From assembly GCA_051294905.1 (NCBI GenBank), contig CM119385.1, positions 8,990,001 to 9,054,000 of the forward strand: a stretch of DNA of 64,000 nt, written 5' to 3'. The translations under genes were made by a program, and so were the position numbers. The notes beneath the pieces were generated by a model. The model made no database searches. It had not been told where the DNA came from and was given only the letters and a program-made list of their open reading frames with translations. Source of the DNA: Botryllus schlosseri. Its lineage: Eukaryota. Each line of letters opens with the position of its first letter. The stretch's first letter is position 1. Shown here piece by piece: positions 36,101 through 43,200 of the stretch.

Positions 36101-37436
36101 ACTGTGGTTCAGTGCCGAGACCATGACCAGTACCTCGTGAAAGTGGACGGTTCCGGCAGATTGACGCTACGTAACAGGAAATTTCTACGCAAGATTGAGC
36201 CGTACTTCCTGAACCAAAAGCACACATATTTTCAGCCAACGGTGTCGTCTCCCGGCACAGCTACGTCACCTCAAGTCGTTTCGCCACCCGCTCTAAGTGG
36301 ACAGTCGAATGAGGTAGACCCTGGCTTGCTGAGATCCACCGAATCGAGTGCAGAAGATCATCTACCAGCTGAAGTACCGATCGACGACACTAGTGTACCC
36401 GCACCGTCTAACAATAGACGCCAGCGCTCAGGCAGAAATGTTACCCCGCCAGTATGGCACAAGGACTACGTTATTGGGGCACAAATTTTATGTTGATTCC
36501 CGCTTCAATCGCCATTAGAGTATTTGGTTGGACGTTCTCTACTCGCTGTATTTTGAACTCCTCACTCAATGCTCGTTGATTTCGTTAGGAGTTGGGGGGG
36601 ATGTGTGATTATCTCTTACTACTATCTCTCTCTCTAGTAGTTTCCCTAAACGCATGAGCGATCTCGTCTTCTTGTTGTTGTGATTGTGCAACGTGCGTGC
36701 ATGTATGTGTTAGCACCCACGTCTTGTGAGTTGGTGGAGCAATAGGGATTAGGCTAGTCGATGCAACTGTTCTTTTGTATTTCAGTTTGATCATTTATTA
36801 CGGTATTTAACCTATGAATAAATGCAAAGTTGCACACTTTCCAAAGATATAATCGACTGTAGCTTATAAAGATGTTTGTTTTGATGATTTATTTCTAGAT
36901 ATTTACTTTACATCATTTAAGTCATTAAAATGAATTGACTTTAAGAACTGGAGATAGGTGGTAAATTGATTTATCACTAACAATAATGACTTATTTATAT
37001 GATTTAATTACTTAAATCGTAAGCACAAAGTATTTATTAACCTAAAGGTCACAGCCTAAGCTGACCAGAATGACCACCAAATCATTTTTTCAAAGTTGAA
37101 TCATATATGACTTGGTCATAGTTTAAATCAAAATGATCCTTCATTCATGATTATATTTGCTATCCAGGATCTGTCAGTGGTTATGAGAGCTTTGCCGTTA
37201 GCCGAGCGATGAGACCTTCCAGCTGTTTTCCATCATACAAACGAAACGGCATTGATGAACCTAAGGGCCTGTTGACTAAAAGACCAAGCACTGTGAGTAT
37301 AGGTGTATCTGTATAGTTTTTTGTATGAAGGTTGCTTGCTATTCATCCTGGTTTATAACAGTCGTCAGCAAGATTTCGCACTAGGAGTTCCAGAAGGAAT
37401 GTTCATGGATTGTCGGAGGATGGCAAGTCGGTTTAG
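3185..37436 (+). CDS. CCDC162: CCDC162 / DUF4549-family large coiled-coil protein, multi-exon
   Basis: Phase-consistent exons, e.g. 3185-3318 (MKRHKVSNTKKLVNLENKIQSELVDLKTEIEE), 3376-3559 (SVMLPKDINYFKEERG...LPLILH), 4102-4325 (LLRWRRFCQHTAVIE), 4724-4868 (EDIAIYLRWLV), about 10455-10610 (GAYLSFLHLR...NYFRSVERT), about 23570-23716 (ISADWGGTEG), coiled-coil exons at 31-34.6 kb and a putative last exon 37362-37436. Family recognised from recalled motifs, not a database search; not every exon was traced. Confidence 0.8.
3760..4024 (+). mobile_element. Degenerate Penelope-like 3' end / terminal repeat with decayed hammerhead
   Basis: Aligns by eye to 17115-17310; core reads TTGACAA instead of CTGACGA, followed by GTGTCAGCCGAAAATATTC. 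Confidence 0.75.
5230..5390 (-). pseudogene. hAT transposase C-terminal dimerisation-domain relic with two frameshifts
   Basis: Minus-strand frames join to FPTLATLAKDYMGLTAQP / SERIFSIAGNFYTARRNLLGPETF / ALMFIKCN, fitting the hATC pattern yP.La.lA..yl...atS..sER.FS.ag......R..L......Lmf...N. Confidence 0.75.
5612..5757. mobile_element. MITE end with AATTAC/GTAATT subterminal repeats
   Basis: Ends GATCCAACTCTG (reverse complement CAGAGTTGGATC) with repeated CAATTACA motifs. Confidence 0.45.
5757..5975 (-). mobile_element. tRNA-headed SINE, copy 1
   Basis: Reverse complement aligns along its length to 11800-12018, including A/B-box-like head and GCTCAGCAT core. Confidence 0.8.
7089..7702. mobile_element. 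hAT-type foldback element with long modular imperfect TIRs
   Basis: Termini TAGGGCTGATCAAAAA...TTTTGAACAGTCCTA; perfect 8-bp TSD ATGTCCAC (7081-7088, 7703-7710); GGCTCAATTCCAAC twice per arm at about 145-bp spacing. Confidence 0.9.
7745..7990 (+). mobile_element. Retroposon 3' end (L2/CR1-like or SINE tail)
   Basis: Shares CAATACTAGTC...CCACGACCTGACATATCGATCTCGCCTTCC with 28786-29075; ends AATAAACTGAACTGAGCTGAACTG (polyA signal plus microsatellite tail). Confidence 0.6.
9296..10005 (+). mobile_element. 5'-truncated Penelope-like element with inverted 5' terminal repeat
   Basis: 9296-9460 is the reverse complement of the 3' terminal repeat (including hammerhead); then GIY-YIG C-terminus (9464-9848) and a direct terminal repeat to about 10005. 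Confidence 0.9.
9471..9848 (+). pseudogene. GIY-YIG endonuclease C-terminal fragment of a Penelope-like element
   Basis: VYQYKCLCDCGYVGRTSKRLQERINQHVP...SAIGKHLLDNPIC...LESTFIKIHQPKLC; no RT upstream. Confidence 0.9.
11095..11620. mobile_element. AGTAGAAGT-family non-autonomous DNA element
   Basis: GTAGAAGT, AAAAGTACTCAAGTAG and AGTAGGCAAAACCTAC motifs shared with 30555-30780 and 540-660. Confidence 0.55.
11800..12018 (+). mobile_element. tRNA-headed SINE, copy 2
   Basis: A-box-like GCGTAATGGTAG, B-box-like GGTTCAAGCCC, then GGTCAGACC and core TTCCCTGCTTGGTGCTCAGCATTA; second copy at 5757-5975. Confidence 0.8.
14260..14410 (+). mobile_element. RTE-type LINE 3' coding remnant
   Basis: Translates RRGGWNRRTWRSTMETDLAQRGLSLEDAHDRPRWRRL, resembling the RGRP..TW...dl...gl...dA.DR..Wr C-terminus of RTE-clade RTs. 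Confidence 0.65.
16080..16345. mobile_element. Degenerate hAT/Charlie-like MITE
   Basis: GGGATCGGCAACCTTTT...GGGTTGCTGACC ends with internal CGGACC motifs; TSD not resolved. Confidence 0.5.
16763..17310 (+). mobile_element. 5'-truncated Penelope-like element (GIY-YIG C-terminus plus terminal repeat)
   Basis: KDMLPALQQSNVVYEYRCHCDCGYVGRTSRRLQDRINQY...LKIVH-stop at 17163, then a 3' repeat nearly identical to 9849-10005. Confidence 0.9.
17257..17290 (+). ncRNA. Minimal type I hammerhead ribozyme, intact core
   Basis: Stem I ACCC/GGGU, core CUGACGA (17261-17267), G-C stem II, GAA-A, palindromic stem-loop III A-AUAU-U, cleavage site C17286. Same layout as minimal hammerheads known from Penelope-like elements. 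Confidence 0.8.
17310..17595 (-). mobile_element. L2/CR1-type LINE 3' coding remnant
   Basis: Minus-strand YFTSESKANKYGTRAST...CSIKYSGPQLWNSI matches the yF....h.y.TR....si.y.Gp.lWN.l RT C-terminus of CR1/L2-group LINEs. Confidence 0.75.
18482..18778. mobile_element. hAT/Charlie-like MITE
   Basis: TIRs CAGTGGTTCCCAA...TTGGGAACCACTG; internal ATCGCCCCC repeats; TSD degenerate (5/8). Confidence 0.8.
18890..19694. mobile_element. Tc1/mariner (pogo/Tc2-like) non-autonomous element
   Basis: TA-flanked termini CCGTAATTT...AAATTACGG; subterminal GGGTGCGTA(T/C)TAT repeats. Confidence 0.8.
20715..21941. mobile_element. hAT MITE with GGAGCC repeats (host of a nested insertion)
   Basis: TIRs CAGGGCTTTGGAGC...GCTCCAAAGCCCTG; perfect 8-bp TSD GTAATGGG (20707-20714, 21942-21949). 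Confidence 0.92.
21125..21800. mobile_element. hAT/Charlie-like MITE nested in 20715-21941
   Basis: TIRs CAGGAAGGGCCAACC...GGTTGGCCACCCCTG; perfect 8-bp TSD ATATAGAC (21117-21124, 21801-21808). Confidence 0.92.
23925..24110. mobile_element. AGTAGAAGT-family fragment
   Basis: GGAAGTAGAAAATTACAGGTCGAAAAAGTACT motif block as at 11200. Confidence 0.45.
25475..26280. repeat. Foldback element with TTAGGG-rich modular arms
   Basis: Outer arms CATG..CACGATAYAATTTT..AACGTCAA..AGACAGATATTAGG are inverted copies; inside, G-rich modules (GGTCAAAGTTG..TTAGGG..GGATATTAGGGTTGG) on the left mirror C-rich modules on the right; centre about 25960-25975. Confidence 0.85.
27426..27656. mobile_element. Small MITE with about 50-bp near-perfect TIRs
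   Basis: CAATAGGGTCCATCAAAC(C)ACTAGGTGTCGCCAGACTTTGGG and its reverse complement at 27606-27656; superfamily unresolved. Confidence 0.85.
28590..29290. mobile_element. Inverted pair of Penelope-like termini interrupted by another retroposon end
   Basis: 28590-28780 is a minus copy (hammerhead to GIY-YIG stop region); 29120-29290 a plus copy with the hammerhead core deleted; 28786-29075 matches 7745-7990. Confidence 0.75.
30195..30490. mobile_element. Single arm of the 7089-7702 foldback family
   Basis: Two TTTGGCTCAATTCCAACC..TAGAAGCA modules about 145 bp apart. Confidence 0.7.
30555..30780. mobile_element. AGTAGAAGT-family element end
   Basis: CAGAGGGGGTCAAGTAGTC start and CTCAAGTAGAAGTAG repeats. 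Confidence 0.6.
31050..31470. mobile_element. GACTCGAGTC-repeat non-autonomous element, partial
   Basis: TCAATCTCA..TTTTGACTCGAGTCAAGTCGAGTCATTTTCAATT shared with 51060-51120. Confidence 0.7.
34671..34905 (+). repeat. 5' LTR
   Basis: Direct repeat of 36602-36836; AATAAA at 34886-34891. Confidence 0.95.
34906..34926 (+). promoter_or_regulatory. Non-tRNA primer-binding site (putative self-priming)
   Basis: TGATCAAACT directly abuts the LTR, lacks the TGG expected for tRNA CCA pairing, and is the exact reverse complement of AGTTTGATCA in the 3' LTR (36784-36793). Confidence 0.7.
34931..36496 (+). CDS. Ty3/gypsy pol C-terminal fragment: tether plus complete integrase (521 codons, no ATG at the start)
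   Basis: HHCC (LHSAHQG...CDNC), DDE (AADYC, SDGGPEF, RAEAAVKSMK), GPY/F-like block (GRYPLRW..G.V...YLVK) and RSGR...P.W.KDYV tail; no chromodomain. Confidence 0.9.
   Translation: MASHEDTNLIEISIVAASRASLNAIEVVSWDDVKRSTAYDPVLSELKNHIISGFPDKSDKLPFQLQSYWRYRDDLSIVDDVVMYNDRIVVPPPLRGVICEILHSAHQGTAAMSQRAQATVFWPGMTECIARTRARCDNCSKMAPSQAYMPPAEPFIPTYPFQAVAADYCTAAGHHYLVVVDRFSNWPEIFHVKHGGQTSGALGLQDALRSYFGTFGVAEELSSDGGPEFAAHSTREFFRKWGVRHRLSSAYHSRSNGRAEAAVKSMKRLLLGNISQDGSIRTDAITRALLQFRNCPDPANGLSPVEIVFGRTLKDALPIKAWVPVFTQRNIRPLWRNLWQRREQTLRTRFAKQLESLSLNTKPLSPLLEGDVCRIQNQNGRYPLRWDRTGTVVQCRDHDQYLVKVDGSGRLTLRNRKFLRKIEPYFLNQKHTYFQPTVSSPGTATSPQVVSPPALSGQSNEVDPGLLRSTESSAEDHLPAEVPIDDTSVPAPSNNRRQRSGRNVTPPVWHKDYVIGAQILC
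36602..36836 (+). repeat. 3' LTR
   Basis: Follows the PPT; ends TGCACA then TSD CTTTC; contains Inr-like TCAGTT at 36782-36787. Confidence 0.95.
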
Positions 37437-38219
37437 ATGAGATTTTCATCTTCGCAAGAGCTATTCCTCTGGAAAGTAACCCGATATATGCTGCTCGTTG
37501 GAGGCAGAGATTTAATGTCATTGTGACGCATGCTATACATGAATATTATTTTTCTTTCACATCTGTATATTGTAGTGTACTGCATGTGCTTTATTGTTTA
37601 TTAGAAAATGATTGTTTCAACGTTTACCTTACCAAACAAACTTCATATTTTGTGACTTTACCTATCAAACCTTCACGCTCACTGTATTTGACATCTTTGA
37701 ATGTGGTAATAAGTATAAAATTGGTTTGAATTGTACATTCATGGTTGATCGCCGTACTTGTGTCAGCTTCGAACTCCTGAGTATCGAGGCACATGTTCAG
37801 AAGGTGGAGGACGGCATGTCAGTTCATCAAAACATATTGTGGCAGAACTGAGGAAAAAAGCATAGGATCGAATCCGTTCACCGGCAACATCATTGGAATT
37901 ATCGTTCGGAGAGATTATACGAACGTATATATATTATAGAAATAGTATAGAATACTATACTTAATTACTTATGTTCGGCTGTAAACGACTATGATCTATC
38001 TATTTGTTGAGTTGAGAATTTGTATCTTTCAGTTTTTCAAAGTAGTCTCTTTGGCGCCACCCATTTTCGAAATATATCGTAACTCGTAAGATTGTTTGCG
38101 GAGAATGTAGTATTCTAGCGGAAATCGAAGTGGGGGTTGGCTTTGACTTGCCAAGGTTTGGCAATAAAGGAAGGTGGCTGCATGGATTTGAGAAGGATTT
38201 TAGTTTACCTGCAATCATA

Positions 38220-38262
38220 ATGGAACGTCTGCGTACACTGGTGAACCGTCTTCTAGGCAGAA
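38220..38262 (+). CDS. Candidate first coding exon A of the P4-ATPase (MERLRTLVNRLLGR)
   Basis: ATG then strong phase-1 donor A|GTGAGT, frame-compatible with the exon at 40216. Confidence 0.5.
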
Positions 38263-39161
38263 GTGAGTGACATTTATTTCATATTTTCATCGCCGGTACA
38301 GTACGACTGTCGCATAGCTTAGCCCAGATTGCAAACAGTGGTTGTTTTGATGGTTTGGCAGTAAGTTGTGTGTTACAGAAGAGTTTCTTGCATAGAATAA
38401 TTACGTAATTGAACGGAAAGTTGCGCGTGACGTTGCCACCAATTCCACTCTAGGATAGTATCGGCATCGTGATTCTTCATTCACGATGTATAACAAGGAG
38501 ACTTGAGACATCTTCCGATGACACCAACAGGGGCAGGCGGCTCCATCTATCAAATTCGGTACCGGTACTGCCGAATGCAAGACACTGTAACATGTATATA
38601 TAGCTTTAGTAACCTCAGACTTTCTGATTTTGAGTTAATTTTAGATCAAAATATTTATTCTCAGATTGAATATGGTATAGTTTGAGTTTATGTCCAACAT
38701 ACTTTCATATCATCAACAATTACACTAAACTCTAACAGATTTGGTGTGTTCGTTTTTATGTGCGTGTGCAGTTTTCAAAATACCCTTGAAGTATCACTAA
38801 TTTGATTCTAGAATATTTCCTGTTATTGATGCCTGTAAATCGCGATTGTAATCTCGCAAGGACCCTAATCGCTTGTAAACAGTAGTATAGTTAATTGATG
38901 GATTGAAAATATGACTTATTTCTTATAAGTTTATTCATCATTTCCTATACACTCTCATTCATCTCCTTGTTGTTTATCAGCTCTCAGTTGCTTTGTCTGG
39001 ATTCACGAGTATCATCCCACCATTTGGGCAGCATAGTATAATGCCGATGCAGGCTATACGTAGACATTGTGCATGCTGTATGCCAGAGTGGAATTGGAGG
39101 CAACGTCACGCAGAACTTTCTGTTGAAATACTTGATTATTCTATGCAGAAAAGCTCTCATC

Positions 39162-39207
39162 ATGCGGGATTTATTTGAAAAAATGAACCGAGATTCTATA
39201 GGGGGCG
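39162..39207 (+). CDS. Candidate alternative first coding exon B of the P4-ATPase (MRDLFEKMNRDSIGG)
   Basis: ATG then phase-1 donor G|GTATGA, frame-compatible with 40216; upstream acceptor ATGCAG at 39148. Confidence 0.35.
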
Positions 39208-40215
39208 GTATGAGGCTTTTCATTGGGAACAAGTTCTATGGAATCGTCCAGTGTTGTTCAGTATGATTATGAAGTTGATTAAGCGGTTATTGGCGAGCCA
39301 CCTTTACATCGTTTGGCAAAAATTCTATGTTCCTATTATGATGACACAAAACCGATTAATGTCAGCATTCTTCATGTCGATATGTCTTTGAACGGTCGCA
39401 GGTAGATCAAACGCTAGTGATATTTAACTTTGACATGACATGATCATTAGCCTACTTGTCGGCAGTATAGGCTACCCGAAACTGGGAGTAAGAGATATTT
39501 CTCAAATGCTTTGATATCAACGGAACCTTTGTAACATTGTAAAATATCCTACCTGTAGTTGTGGCATGCCATCAGACATCAGACCAGGGAAGTTGATTGC
39601 AGCTAGCTTGGAGAATATTAGACCTGCAACCTTCATGAAATGATCCATTGGTTGCGGGCATGATGTATATAGCCTATGCCTTTTATATTTAGTCAAATCT
39701 CATGAATGGTAATACTTCTGCGCTATTGTTATGTGATATGCCACAAGGTAGTAACCCAGTAAGGCATGTTATCACAGTGTGTGACTGCGTATGGGTGTGG
39801 CATCTCAAGCCGCAAAGTTGGCTCATTAAATACGGCCATTATTAATGATGTGTCTTCGTCCATGCTAGGAAATTGGCCCGCGAGCATGTTTGAGAGACCT
39901 GGTCTATGTGTAGCCTACTGTGCCGATAGCCCACTATCATAGACAATCATACCCAAATAATGCACTGTCCGATGTTTACGTGTACTGTTGCAACAATAGT
40001 TTAACCAGAGTGGAATCGTGTTTTCTTTCACTTGACTGTATTTTATTTTGTCCTGCTGCTTGTTTTATTATGTCATCCCTTCGCAGAGAATTAACCTTTT
40101 TTGCCACCCAGAGACATGCTTTTAAAGATTTTCCATGTATAGGAAATGTGAGGTCTCAAAATTATCTTGAACTTCTGTGATTGCTTATTTTGTAACGTGA
40201 TAAACTTGTTAATAG

Positions 40216-43200
40216 GAGAAACAGAGGCAGATGGACATAATTCACCAGTTCGGAGAACCATACACATAAACAGCGAGTATCAAGAAAAGAAATTCTGTGG
40301 TAATGAAATCAGGTAATGAATGTACGAATCTCGTTATACTTTTGATGTAAGATGTAAGCAATGCATGGTTTGCTTTCAAGACACCGCAGACAATTTCAGT
40401 TCCTGGTTCTCAATACAGCAGACATTGCAACTTTAATGAAATTCACACCCTATGTTAGAGTCAAGAACATTTTTGCCTAACAACTGTGACATCCCAAACC
40501 CCGACACATTCGCCTGTTTTTAGCACCGGGAAATACAATTTTATCACATTCCTTCCTCGCTTCCTGTTTGAACAGTTCCGGCGTGCTGCGAATATATTCT
40601 TTTTAATGATCGTTATTCTTCAGGTAAGATTTTGAATCATCTGATGTCAAGCGATTTAGATGGAATTAGAACACTTGTATGATAGATGATAAATTGGCAG
40701 TTCATTAGAGAACATGGATCGGAAGCGCATTTAGTCAAGTACTTGAAATAATTTGAGCTCGTCAATTCTGAAATTTGCATTTGGTACATGTAATCATTCA
40801 CTTTGCTGTTCAAGTTCATTGACTAGTATCAGATCAGATATCCATAGGCCAACGTTCGTTTGATTATTCTTTTAGCGGGGGACAGGGACAATCATTACAT
40901 TAGGATTAGAATCGATAGGCTATTATAGGCATTCTATCCGCAATAGTTGCCGTAGTCCCGATCACTCTTGGCATTACACTTACTTTCTATTATTGAAATA
41001 ACAATTATCGTTAAGAATACATCGCAATTGAAGATTTGCACACCAATTTGGTATTGCTTCCATTAGTATTTGCTGGGTGCGTCTGGTATCATTCGGCATT
41101 ATTCTATCCTTGCGGCATGTGGCTGGTTGTTGAATGATTCATCCACAGACGGCCATATCCGACCAGAATAAGCTTTGAGTAACTCATTTCCTTTGTGTTG
41201 AGAGCTGGTAATGTCCTTGCTGCTTAGCAAGCGATATGATTGAATCTCCTGAAAATTTCAGTTACTAATTTCAATGAAGTGCATTACACATTCAGGCAGT
41301 ATGCCCCCTTGTTTTTGTTAATGCAGCGTCAAATAGCACAAAAAAATAATTTGGTGGATGTATATTACAGCAAATTCCTGGGGTATCGCCGACAGGAAAA
41401 TACACGACGATTGTTCCGCTTATTTTTATTTTACTGGTTGCTGCTATAAAAGAAATAGTCGAAGATTATGTGAGTTTGCTGCCTGCGCATGTTTGCATCC
41501 GTACGTGATTTATTAAGCTTTGCATTAAACAGAAAAGGCATCGGGCTGACGATGCCGTCAATAACCGCAAGGTTTTAATTTTCCGCGATGGGAACTGGAG
41601 AGCTATTAAATGGACAAAGGTAAGTTGGAGGTCGCACGCCTGTGTCGATGGGTCTGTGAATAGGTTGTTTTTCGTTTAGGTGGTGGTGGGGGATATCGTC
41701 AAAGTTATCAACGGACAATTTTTCCCCGCCGATCTCATCCTGGTGTCGTCAAGCGAGCCTCAAGCGATGTGCTACGTCGAGACCTCGAATTTGGACGGGG
41801 AAACCAATCTGAAGATCCGGCAGGTAATGTTGAAGTTGACTTCATTTGCGCCACTGCATTGAAATATTGGAATAGTGTGTCAACTGAGGTAGTCAGCAAT
41901 GAATATTCTACTTTTTGCGAGCACAGAAGTAGGATGCTGCTTACTTACACTCAAGTGGTTATGATTTTAGACGTCTACTGTACTTGAACAATTAACAGTT
42001 ATTTGGGCAAAACTAGGCCAAGAGTTCTTACTGTTTTGCTTGGTTGAATTTCTACTTTTACTGTAGTAGAAATTTACGACATTACTTCCGCTGTGACTAT
42101 GACTACTTTTACGAACTCTGGTGTTGTATAAGTCAGCACCCTTTGCTCCATAATTCGATTTCGATATATGAGTAGTGATTATAGCATAATGAATTGTACT
42201 GTCTGGTTCTCTCTCTTCCGCCGCAGTTATTGGTGTTCTCTGATCCTACAAATCGTGAAGATGTGTGCAGAGGTTTTCAAAACACTGATGTGGTCCAATT
42301 TATTTCGGATTTTCACCGTTAATCTGTTCAATCCCATCTAAATCGCTCTTACACTATACTGCATCCTTTCAGATTTATGTTTTCTACCTATTACCCATAA
42401 ATAATAATTCATTCTCTCATTTTATATTCGTCATTAATATTCTTGCGGTTTATCTTTGATATCTTGTAATGGACAGCTATCTTTTATATTCTTTAGTCAT
42501 GGCACGATCGGTAATTAGTCACATGGAACTTGTCCTTTAGGTGTTTCCCAATTCTTGGCGTCAATTGAGATAGTATGAGAATATCGGTTAATATTCAAGT
42601 CGAAGTTTTGAAAATTACTTGACGTGTCGCTATAACATTGTTCATCCTCACCCGGAAACTCATGATATGTATTCCTCCGGCTTGCCATTGTAATTTCATA
42701 ACAACATATGTTTCAATCTCATAAACGATTACAAAGCCAGGTCTGCTGGCCTGCTGTAATATACTTGCTTTATAGTAGGCTATGTGTTTTCCGTGTAGCA
42801 GCATTAGTCATCTGTATACTGCTGTAGTATCAAAGAAATTATGACATGAGCAGGACACTTTCCGACTAGTTTAATGCCTTTGTAATATTCGTGATTTGTG
42901 TTATTTAACTGCCAGCTACTGTATTGTCGAGGCAACACTTTAAAATTTTCATTACTCTATGTGATCAATGGGCAGTTGTCAGTTGTGAATTTCACTCGTA
43001 GAATATGGTTATTGATTTTTTAATATCCGTGTGCATATTACATGTGGCCATACCATGTCCTGTCTTTCATTGTGTCGTCGCTTGAATGGTAAGTCTATGC
43101 CAACAAGGTATCTCGATCAAGCCGCCCTTCTGCTCTATCGTTGTATTGTGACGAGTATATTATAACCTTTATTTTCCAGTCAATTCAAAAGTCTCCGGTA

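Larger units (their letters stand above)
34671..36836 (+). mobile_element. Internally deleted Ty3/gypsy LTR retrotransposon (Mag-like): LTR-PBS-integrase-PPT-LTR
   Basis: Two 235-bp LTRs (226/235 identical) with TGTG...CACA ends, perfect 5-bp TSD CTTTC, PPT GGGGGGGA at 36594-36601, integrase ORF; no gag, protease, RT or RNase H core. Confidence 0.95.

Noticed and set aside
35119-36239. Antisense and alternate-frame ORFs over the integrase
   Set aside because: Shadow frames of a GC-rich coding region with no recognisable domains; the same applies to ORFs overlapping ATP8A exons (51837-52881, 59110-59551).
40070-40147. MSSLRRELT... as the flippase first exon
   Set aside because: No phase-1 donor gives an open join to 40216; the one candidate creates TGA.
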